The notes beneath the pieces are model-generated. The model saw only the letters and a program-made list of their open reading frames with translations. It was not told the origin of the DNA and did not search any database. Below are positions 26,160-33,331 of a DNA stretch of 44,161 nt, piece by piece. Within the stretch, counting starts at the first letter, position 1; each line of letters begins with the position of its first letter. Position numbers and translations under genes: made by a program. This DNA is from a virus (lineage: Duplodnaviria > Caudoviricetes). Where the stretch lies: positions 1-44,161 of the IMG/VR virus record IMGVR_UViG_3300037783_000006. One strand, 5' to 3'.

Positions 26160-26741
26160 ATGAAACTAGAATCGCTACTGCCTTACCTTTTCGGGTTTAT
26201 TCTAGGCTTAATTGTGGCGTCACAAGGATGTGGAGAAGCTGAGACTATTACAAAAGTAGTCGAGAAACCAATTCCTAAAATAGAGTACGTTGACCGTTGG
26301 CGAACAGACACCGTTCGGTTTGTGTCTAAACAATTCGTTACCATTTACGATACAATCTACTCGGACAGAGTAGTTAGTCGTTTAGACACTTTGTTTATGG
26401 TTGATACGGTAAAGATTGTAGATACATGGTTAAGTGAGGTAGTGCGCTATGACACAACTGCACCAGTTTTGGGTGGTGTACTTAGGCTGAGGTGGCAAAA
26501 CTATCAGAACCTGACCGAAAACCTTCGCGTTGATTACACGCCTAGAAAAGTTCCGTTAACTTGGGTTTTAGGTGTTCACGGAAACGTTGGAATGTTGAGT
26601 GATTTTAACACACGGTACACACCTTTATTTGGAATTGGCGCACAGGTTACAGTGCGAAAGACTTACATTAGTGCAAATTACGGATTCAACGGTCAACATT
26701 ACGTAGGTGTTGGCGTTGGATATAACATTATAAGTAGATGA
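26160..26741 (+). CDS. Membrane-anchored protein with C-terminal amphipathic beta strands (spanin-like candidate)
   Basis: N-terminal TM segment ending near a Cys, DTV/DTI/DTL repeats, C-terminal YVGVGVGYNI. Confidence 0.5.
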   Translation: MKLESLLPYLFGFILGLIVASQGCGEAETITKVVEKPIPKIEYVDRWRTDTVRFVSKQFVTIYDTIYSDRVVSRLDTLFMVDTVKIVDTWLSEVVRYDTTAPVLGGVLRLRWQNYQNLTENLRVDYTPRKVPLTWVLGVHGNVGMLSDFNTRYTPLFGIGAQVTVRKTYISANYGFNGQHYVGVGVGYNIISR

Positions 26742-27556
26742 AACTTCGATTTCAACTTCCACCAGAAGGTTTTAAAAGATTGTTTTACGACATCGAAACA
26801 AGTCCGAACATTGGATTTTTTTGGTCATCCAGCTATAAGGCTAACATACCTCACGAAAACATTATAAAAGAGCGAGCAGTTATATGTATATGCTATAAGT
26901 GGGAAGGTCAGGACGAAGTACATAGCTTAGAGTGGGATAAGGGTTGCGATAAGGCAGCCCTTAAACGTTTTATGGAAGTTGCGCTAATGGCTGATGAGTT
27001 AGTAGCACACAACGGAGATAACTTTGATGAGAAATGGATTAGAACAAGGTGCGTTATTCATGGTATTGAATGCCCGTCAAAACTAAACTCATTCGATACA
27101 CTGAAGAAAGCGCGTTCACATTTTAGATTTAACTCGAATAGACTTGACTATTTAGGGCGGTTATTCTTTGGTGAGGGGAAAAGCCCCGTAGGTTTTCAAG
27201 ATTGGGTTGATATTACTTTGAACAACTGCGAAAAGGCAATGAATAAAATGGTTGAATACTGCAAAAAAGATGTTATTCTTTTGGAAGACGTGTTCCATAA
27301 AATTCAACCATACGTTAACCATAACACGCACGTCGGAGCGCACACGGGTTACGGTAGATTTAGTTGTCCTAGTTGCGGAAGCGATAACGTTACCCATCAG
27401 CGCAAAAGATACACCAAAACAGGTATGTTGAGGCATACGCTTAAATGCCACGAGAAATACTGCGGTAAACACTTTACGGTATCAAACAAAGTGTGGGAGG
27501 AAAAGATGAAGAATGACTGGATGAAATCTCAGAGCGAAACCAAAAACAGCCAATAA
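26738..27556 (+). CDS. DnaQ/RNase H-fold 3'-5' exonuclease with C-terminal zinc ribbon
   Basis: FYDIETS (ExoI), AHNGDNFD (ExoII), YCKKDV (ExoIII); CPSCGS...C....C. Confidence 0.88.
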   Translation: MKLRFQLPPEGFKRLFYDIETSPNIGFFWSSSYKANIPHENIIKERAVICICYKWEGQDEVHSLEWDKGCDKAALKRFMEVALMADELVAHNGDNFDEKWIRTRCVIHGIECPSKLNSFDTLKKARSHFRFNSNRLDYLGRLFFGEGKSPVGFQDWVDITLNNCEKAMNKMVEYCKKDVILLEDVFHKIQPYVNHNTHVGAHTGYGRFSCPSCGSDNVTHQRKRYTKTGMLRHTLKCHEKYCGKHFTVSNKVWEEKMKNDWMKSQSETKNSQ

Positions 27557-27601
27557 TCCATAGAATGATAAATCAAAATTATCTGCATAAAAACCTTTTT
27601 G

Positions 27602-27632
27602 TTTGTTTTTAAAACAAGAATTGCTAATTTTG
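27602..27632 (+). promoter_or_regulatory. Bacteroidota consensus promoter driving cassette array 2
   Basis: TTTG (27602-27605) - 19 bp - TAATTTTG (27625-27632), 2 bp before the first AAC core. Confidence 0.8.
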
Positions 27633-27909
27633 TAAACGGATTTGAATATGAGTAGTGCCGAGCGTAGGGGTGTCACCCTGCGGAGATGTAGTGAAGTAAA
27701 ACATCTGCGAAAGCATGTGACTGGAACATCTTTTGAGGCATTACTTATATCGTATTTGTATATGAAACGTGGCTGATAAGAACACGGAACTTGTCGAAGC
27801 GTAGTAAACTAAATTAAATGCCGCGCATGGTTAAATAAGCCGTACAACAGCCATGTTTTATATCGGTTACTGCTAAACAACGTAATTTTTAACGACTAAA
27901 TACAGAAAA

Positions 27910-28290
27910 ATGGAATTTACAGGACGATTGATTACAGGAGATTTTGAAGAAAACACAATGACATTTGAAATAGAAGGTGAAATGACACTACAAGCTGGCA
28001 GATACAGGATAGTGCAAATTGAAGCAGGAAACCCAGTTAAAAATAATGTTGATTTAGCTGATGTTGGTGGTAGTCAGGCTACGGGTTTGAAAGACAAGAT
28101 TAAGGATAAGATTGAGGTGGCAAAACATGATATTAAATTGTGTATGAGAGATTTTGACAACTTAGACGAACCTACTTCTGGGTATCCTGTTGGCGATGTT
28201 GGCATAAACATTTCAAAGAGCGAGGTATATCATAGGGGTAGATTACTTGGTCTGGAAGAGGCATTACGGTTTGCAATCGAATGTGAGTAG
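27910..28290 (+). CDS. Cassette gene crossing the GTT core (..VKNNVDLADV*GGS..)
   Basis: GTT 28063-28065 is in-frame Val52. Confidence 0.75.
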   Translation: MEFTGRLITGDFEENTMTFEIEGEMTLQAGRYRIVQIEAGNPVKNNVDLADVGGSQATGLKDKIKDKIEVAKHDIKLCMRDFDNLDEPTSGYPVGDVGINISKSEVYHRGRLLGLEEALRFAIECE

Positions 28291-28355
28291 CCTTATTACC
28301 ACCAACGGCTCTGGGTATGGAGTCGGGTTTTTACGGATTTGAAAACGAAAATATT

Positions 28356-28610
28356 ATGAAAACATATACAGAAGAACAAGTAATTGCAATACTAGACCAC
28401 ATTGAAAGAAAAGGGTTTAACGATGATTGCTTAACAATAAATGATGAACTTGATCATCTTAAAAGGATAGGCGTAGTAAAAAACTGCTCTATACCTGATG
28501 TTGTAAACCGAAGGGAACTGTTACTTGATTTTGCTGACTATTCAGAAAGCGATAAAACTTCTCAAACAACAGATGAGTGTGTAGATAACTATTTAGATTC
28601 AATCAAGTAA
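28356..28610 (+). CDS. Cassette gene crossing the GTT core (..VKNCSIPDV*VNR..); start revised from 28317
   Basis: A-rich leader before ATG 28356; GTT 28500-28502 in frame. Confidence 0.7.
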   Translation: MKTYTEEQVIAILDHIERKGFNDDCLTINDELDHLKRIGVVKNCSIPDVVNRRELLLDFADYSESDKTSQTTDECVDNYLDSIK

Positions 28611-28728
28611 TTGTTTACAACGGTTTTAATAAAATGCAGTAGCGCAAATGCTACACTTGAATAGAAGCAGAAAGCACCCATGCGCTATTCATTTTATTTA
28701 TTGTTGTGGTGCGTTAATTGTTAGAAAT

Positions 28729-28920
28729 ATGCTTTGGAAAAGTAAGTCAAATAAAGTAGCTGTCAAAGTGATTGATATGACTGGTAGTGATGGTAGTGGT
28801 TTAATGATTCGGCTGTTACCATGTGTTGATTTATGGTTTAACGAGGGTGTTGTAATTGGAATAAGTTGGCTTTCTTGGGGTTTTGAATTTTGGTTCACAG
28901 ACGTGAGAGACCTTGTTTAA
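28729..28920 (+). CDS. Cassette body gene, small Trp-rich protein (start revised from 28648)
   Basis: ATG 28729 lies inside body 28703-28931; stop lies in the right inverted repeat. Confidence 0.6.
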   Translation: MLWKSKSNKVAVKVIDMTGSDGSGLMIRLLPCVDLWFNEGVVIGISWLSWGFEFWFTDVRDLV

Positions 28921-28957
28921 TGCACCACAACGGACATGAATAAACACAGTAGCGATT

Positions 28958-29293
28958 ATGAAAGAAGAAATTGAAAGAATACTCAGAAGCCGATTTACAC
29001 GGGGCGACATCCAAACAGCCACAAACGAGCTATTGGATTTATTTAATGTTAGCCTTTCGTTGACAGATTCAAAGGAAGAATACGAGCCTTATTTTGGTTG
29101 GTGTGATGTTGATGGATGCGAAAATGAAGGGGCAAATGGTGGCGGATGCTGGCGAGAAACTGGATATTGGACAGTATGTAGTAAGCATTCTTCAAAATAT
29201 AGAGCGGGTGAGCCGCAGCCACCAATGAAGCAAAAGGCAATAGACAGGGAGAAAAGGCGAGGTGCTGACGGTGTGTTAGTCAATGAAGGCTAA
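28958..29293 (+). CDS. Cassette gene crossing the GTT core (..ELLDLFNV*SLS..), Cys/His zinc-binding-like C-terminus
   Basis: GTT 29048-29050 in frame; CDVDGC..CSKH; stop overlaps TAAC. Confidence 0.75.
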   Translation: MKEEIERILRSRFTRGDIQTATNELLDLFNVSLSLTDSKEEYEPYFGWCDVDGCENEGANGGGCWRETGYWTVCSKHSSKYRAGEPQPPMKQKAIDREKRRGADGVLVNEG

Positions 29294-29478
29294 CGGTTTG
29301 GCTATGCACCGTATGAAGCATAGCGTAATATGGGGTATAGCGTTTAGTATATGATTTCGGTGGCGATTGATTGCAGGACTTTTCGCATACTGACTAACTA
29401 ACAAGACTGCACAGTGGTTGAAATCAAGCTCTGTAACGCCACTGAATTATATACATTGTTATAGGGCGTTTTTTGATT

Positions 29479-29688
29479 ATGATTGAGGCAAAACCAAATA
29501 CAAGATTAAGAAGTGAGATATTAAGCGCATTATTTCATAAAGGATATGCAGGCCCAAATTATAACCTTGATGATGTTTCGGCTTATGTTACAAAGCACGA
29601 TAGTAGTTTGAGTTTATCATTTTGGGATATGAGTTGTACTATAAATAAAAAAGACAAAGGTTATACGGATATTTTAAATGCCCTATAA
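29479..29688 (+). CDS. Cassette body gene, hypothetical
   Basis: Within body 29458-29689; stop overlaps TAAC. Confidence 0.65.
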   Translation: MIEAKPNTRLRSEILSALFHKGYAGPNYNLDDVSAYVTKHDSSLSLSFWDMSCTINKKDKGYTDILNAL

Positions 29689-29917
29689 CGGTTTGGCTAT
29701 GATTAAGCGAAGCGACCCGATAGGGTTAATTATAGCCGTTGTTAGCTGACTGTATGAGCGATTAATACCCACTAACCTACATTTGAAACACTACCGTAGT
29801 ATTTATTTTTTTTGTGCGGTAGCAAAATAATTTTGGAAAAATTAAAATTTTTTACCTTAAAATTAGGATTGTATTATATTTATCCGCATATTTGGGTATA
29901 AATTAATAATTACTGAT

Positions 29918-30238
29918 ATGGAAACTATTACATTATACCACGCCACAAACACACCGATAGAAGAAATAGGAATTGAAAAACAAACTATGTTTTTTACAGG
30001 TGATTATGATTTGGCTAAAAATTGGGGTGATGAACACTATGAAGATTATGATATTTTAGAAGTTGAAATACCTATTGAAGATATTTACGAATATGTGCCT
30101 GAGAGACCTGCATTTGCTATTACTGATTTTGAGCAATTAGAAGTTAAACCTGAGCTTATTACTGGTAAGTGTGTTCATTTTGAAGATTGTAGCGATGGTT
30201 ATATAGTTAAGAATATTAATGATTATGAATTAAGATAA
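29918..30238 (+). CDS. Hypothetical protein, possible ADP-ribosyltransferase-like fold
   Basis: LYHAT...FFT.D...A..WG pattern resembles H-type ART folds; inference only. Confidence 0.4.
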   Translation: METITLYHATNTPIEEIGIEKQTMFFTGDYDLAKNWGDEHYEDYDILEVEIPIEDIYEYVPERPAFAITDFEQLEVKPELITGKCVHFEDCSDGYIVKNINDYELR

Positions 30239-30954
30239 TGGGATTAAAAAACAAATATGTAGTTCACTCGATTGATAATTTTGTTGCAATTGAGTGGATT
30301 ACAAAAAAACATTATGCTAAACGTACACCTATAATGAAATATACGTTTGGTTTATTTGATTCTGATAAAAATATGCACGGGGTTTGTGTTTTTTCTCCTG
30401 CTCCATCTCGATTCTGGAACAATGGAGGTAAATTGTTTAACGAAAAACATAATATAGATGTTTATGAATTAAGCAGGTTGATAATGAATGATGGACACGA
30501 AAAAAATCTAACATCATTTTTTGTAAGTAGATGTTTGAAATTGATTCCAAAACCAAATGTTGTGGTAAGTTATGCCGATAAAAACCAACACCATAGCGGA
30601 TATATTTACCAAGCGACTAATTTTATTTATACTGGTGAAGCTGAACCAAAAAACAAAAGCTTTGATTTTGTAATATTTGGAAAAAAATACCACGGTAGAA
30701 ATATGAATATTGAATTTACAAGAAAACTACTCGGAAATCAATATAACGAAAACATACATTGGAAGGAAAATATAATAGCTGTTGGAGGTGAAATAATACC
30801 ACAATTACCAAAACACCGATATGTTTTTATAAATGCTAAAAACAAACAACAATTAATATCAGATATGATTTATGATTCTGTTGAATATCCTAAACAGAAA
30901 AATAAACGATATGATGCAAGTTTTGAACCAATACAACAAAAAACATTATTCTAA
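30238..30954 (+). CDS. mom: Mom-family adenine-modification enzyme (GNAT-like)
   Basis: KKHY, FGLF..GVCVF, YELSRL, SYAD..QHHSGYIYQATNFIYTG and KHRY motifs. Confidence 0.85.
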   Translation: MGLKNKYVVHSIDNFVAIEWITKKHYAKRTPIMKYTFGLFDSDKNMHGVCVFSPAPSRFWNNGGKLFNEKHNIDVYELSRLIMNDGHEKNLTSFFVSRCLKLIPKPNVVVSYADKNQHHSGYIYQATNFIYTGEAEPKNKSFDFVIFGKKYHGRNMNIEFTRKLLGNQYNENIHWKENIIAVGGEIIPQLPKHRYVFINAKNKQQLISDMIYDSVEYPKQKNKRYDASFEPIQQKTLF

Positions 30955-31145
30955 TGATTGACTGGCTAATAAAAAACAAGAAATTTATAAAAATAAGGGC
31001 AATAGAACAAGAATTGGGAATGCCTGATAGCACATTAACTAAACACGTTAATGGAAGTCAAAAAATGGCTGAGAAGTGGGAGAGACCTCTAAATAATTTT
31101 CTTAATGGTTTTGTTAAAAACCAAGGAGGGGGAGAAAAAAAATAA
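30954..31145 (+). CDS. Small HTH DNA-binding protein
   Basis: IRAIEQELGMPDSTLTKHVNG helix-turn-helix. Confidence 0.7.
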   Translation: MIDWLIKNKKFIKIRAIEQELGMPDSTLTKHVNGSQKMAEKWERPLNNFLNGFVKNQGGGEKK

Positions 31146-31238
31146 ATACGGGCTTATAGCACTGAACTTGATTAGTTGCACGGACTCAGCCCATATTGCA
31201 GCTAACGGTAAAGTATAAACAAAGTAAAGCGAACGGAT

Positions 31239-31442
31239 ATGGATGAAATATACGAACTATACGAACACTGCACAACCGAGAACACGATAATGTGTAACAA
31301 GTGTAGAACCATTGGAAGGGAAATGGATTGTGACCCTTATGATGCTGCAACCACTTGGAGTAAAAAAGGGTGGAGAATTACAAGGCATCAAACAATATAC
31401 TGCCCTAAATGTGCAGAAGGTAAATTGAAACCGAAAAAGTAG
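31239..31442 (+). CDS. Cassette gene inside a site loop; zinc-ribbon-like
   Basis: CNKC...GW......YCPKC. Confidence 0.75.
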   Translation: MDEIYELYEHCTTENTIMCNKCRTIGREMDCDPYDAATTWSKKGWRITRHQTIYCPKCAEGKLKPKK

Positions 31443-31556
31443 TGAGCGTATTTTGTTTATACATTGTTGTAAAATCGTTTTAATGTTTTACAACGGTTTG
31501 GCTATGTGTAGTGCCGACCTTGATAAGTTACTACACTAACTTAAAAGACTAAAACA

Positions 31557-31772
31557 ATGAGTAAAGAACAAAACGAACAACAAGAAAATAAGGCATTACA
31601 TATAGCTGGTGTTAGTGGTAGTTATTCTCCTACACTAACCGAAGTGCAAAAAATGTATGACTATTTAAAGATGTATTTTCACAGAAGCCAGATGAATGGA
31701 TTGGTGGACATAGATACACATGAACGTGGTGAAATTAAGAAGATGCTAAGGCTTCCAGATAATTACCGCTAA
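31557..31772 (+). CDS. Cassette gene crossing the GTT core (..NKALHIAGV*SGS..)
   Basis: GTT 31611-31613 in frame; stop overlaps TAAC. Confidence 0.75.
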   Translation: MSKEQNEQQENKALHIAGVSGSYSPTLTEVQKMYDYLKMYFHRSQMNGLVDIDTHERGEIKKMLRLPDNYR

Positions 31773-31826
31773 CGGTACGGCTAAAACACGGATTTTAACG
31801 GGTAGATACCCACAAACAGAAAGACA

Positions 31827-32156
31827 ATGGAAGAAGAAATTGAACGCAGAATAAATTGGATTAACGCAAGAGTTGATGTAAGCCCATCAATTAAAGATTA
31901 CATAGCTTTTCAGATGCTTGATTTTGCCAAATATTACCACGAACAACAAGTTAAAAACTGTGATTTAGCTGATGTTGGTGGTAACGAAGTGGCGTTGCCT
32001 GATTGCAGTTGCTTGAAATGTAAACCAAATGAATTTCCAAACCTAAGATTTAATGTTTGCCCGAAATGCGGCAACAAAAGATGTCCGCACGCATCCGACC
32101 ATAATTATGAGTGTACAAATTCAAATGATGTTGGGCAAACTGGAAGCGTTTATTAA
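31827..32156 (+). CDS. Cassette gene crossing the GTT core (..QQVKNCDLADV*GGN..), Cys-rich C-terminal domain
   Basis: GTT 31974-31976 in frame; CSCLKC..CPKCGNKRCPHA.DH..ECT.SN. Confidence 0.78.
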   Translation: MEEEIERRINWINARVDVSPSIKDYIAFQMLDFAKYYHEQQVKNCDLADVGGNEVALPDCSCLKCKPNEFPNLRFNVCPKCGNKRCPHASDHNYECTNSNDVGQTGSVY

Positions 32157-32321
32157 GCAATGACCACCAGCGGCTACGGCTATGAAATCGTAGCGGATTA
32201 GAAGCACAGACCTATCGAATAGAAATGATTTTAATTAATAACCATAGTACCCGAATAAGCACGAACACCGCTATGTTTTATAGCCATTGTTGTGCGTATG
32301 TGGCGGTAAATTGAAACGAAA

Positions 32322-32522
32322 ATGAGTTTATTATACAAGACAAAGGAAGAGCAAACAACAACTTGCGAAATAAAGCAGGAGGATGGTAAAATAGTTTTAG
32401 ACTTCTATTCTGATTCTGGAAAGTTTGGAACTGATGAAATGCTTGATGGCTATAAATTAACTCCTGAAAGATTGTTGCAGATTTTACAGGATAGGGATGA
32501 TTATTCCGAAGATGAATTGTAG
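32322..32522 (+). CDS. Cassette body gene, hypothetical
   Basis: Within body 32289-32536. Confidence 0.7.
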   Translation: MSLLYKTKEEQTTTCEIKQEDGKIVLDFYSDSGKFGTDEMLDGYKLTPERLLQILQDRDDYSEDEL

Positions 32523-32618
32523 CCATTACGCACAACGGTTTGGGTATGGTGTCGGCTGACGAAGGAAGCTGCACTATGCGCAGTGTTAGCATTAGTACGG
32601 ATTTAAAACATAAATACA

Positions 32619-32807
32619 ATGAAAAAAGAGATAGTAATTACCATAGCTTTAGAGCCTACCAGATGGCAAAGGTTTTTAGATAAAACTGGATTAAAGCGAT
32701 TCACTTATGATGAAATGATGATAGCTGTAGAAGACGGACAGCATTTCTACGATAGACCGAATAGCAAGATTAGAATGATTAGAGTTCAAGAAAACCGATT
32801 GAGTTAG
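32619..32807 (+). CDS. Cassette body gene, hypothetical
   Basis: Within body 32585-32820. Confidence 0.7.
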   Translation: MKKEIVITIALEPTRWQRFLDKTGLKRFTYDEMMIAVEDGQHFYDRPNSKIRMIRVQENRLS

Positions 32808-32918
32808 TATTAATGCTAACGGTTTGGCTAAGAAACGTGGCCAGTAAGAACGTTTAAAATTAACCCACGGCAGAGGCAAAGCCATGTTTACTTAGCCCTT
32901 GTTGTAAACTGAAAAATT

Positions 32919-33062
32919 ATGAGAGATTTATTTGATGCTATTTCGTTGATAATGGGAATAGTTACAATGATTGCAATGGTGGTAGCTGTTTTTCTTGGAG
33001 ACAAAGAATCAGCTACACTATTTGGCGTGATTGCTTTGATATTGAGACCAAGCGATAAGTAA
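32919..33062 (+). CDS. Cassette body gene, 47-aa two-TM membrane protein (not in the ORF track)
   Basis: MRDLFDAISLIMGIVTMIAMVVAVFLGDKESATLFGVIALILRPSDK fills body 32901-33078. Confidence 0.7.
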   Translation: MRDLFDAISLIMGIVTMIAMVVAVFLGDKESATLFGVIALILRPSDK

Positions 33063-33297
33063 TTTTATTGTTTACAACGGTAAAGTATATAAGTAGTGCG
33101 GTTCATACAGGCTTCGGACACGGTTGCAAACGTATAAATAAGAGCCGATTAGATTGTTTGGAACATAACGACCGTATTACTTATATACATTGTTGTAAAA
33201 TCGTAGGGGTATGACCACAAATAAACAAAGGCGGATTGGTTTTCCAACTTCGGCAAATGTCGGAGGTCTGAGTTCGATTCTCGCCCCTATGTTTTAC

Positions 33298-33331
33298 AAC
33301 TATCGCTAAGTGTAACGAAAATATTTGCGCA
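33298..33331 (+). repeat. 34-bp array-terminal (attI-like) motif, copy 2
   Basis: Exact inverted copy of 14696-14729. Confidence 0.95.

Larger units (their letters stand above)
27635..33331 (+). mobile_element. Integron-like cassette array 2 (16 hairpin sites, 13 bodies)
   Basis: Bodies (GTT..AAC, terminal inverted repeats): 28063-28306, 28500-28621, 28703-28931, 29048-29294, 29458-29689, 29741-31206, 31466-31494, 31611-31773, 31974-32171 (AGC variant), 32289-32536, 32585-32820, 32901-33078, 33192-33300. Hairpin sites lie between them; site-site junctions at 27751, 27864 and 29341. Confidence 0.88.

Noticed and set aside
33205-33290. Functional tRNA gene
   Set aside because: Only the T-arm is convincing; kept as a low-interest finding rather than a feature.
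27635-33331. CRISPR array or diversity-generating retroelement
   Set aside because: Repeats are divergent and unevenly spaced with gene-sized inserts; no cas genes, reverse transcriptase or adenine-specific TR/VR pair.
27635-33331. Array hairpins as plain Rho-independent terminators
   Set aside because: They lack U-tracts, have large loops, often lie within ORFs and keep fixed AAC/GTT cores.
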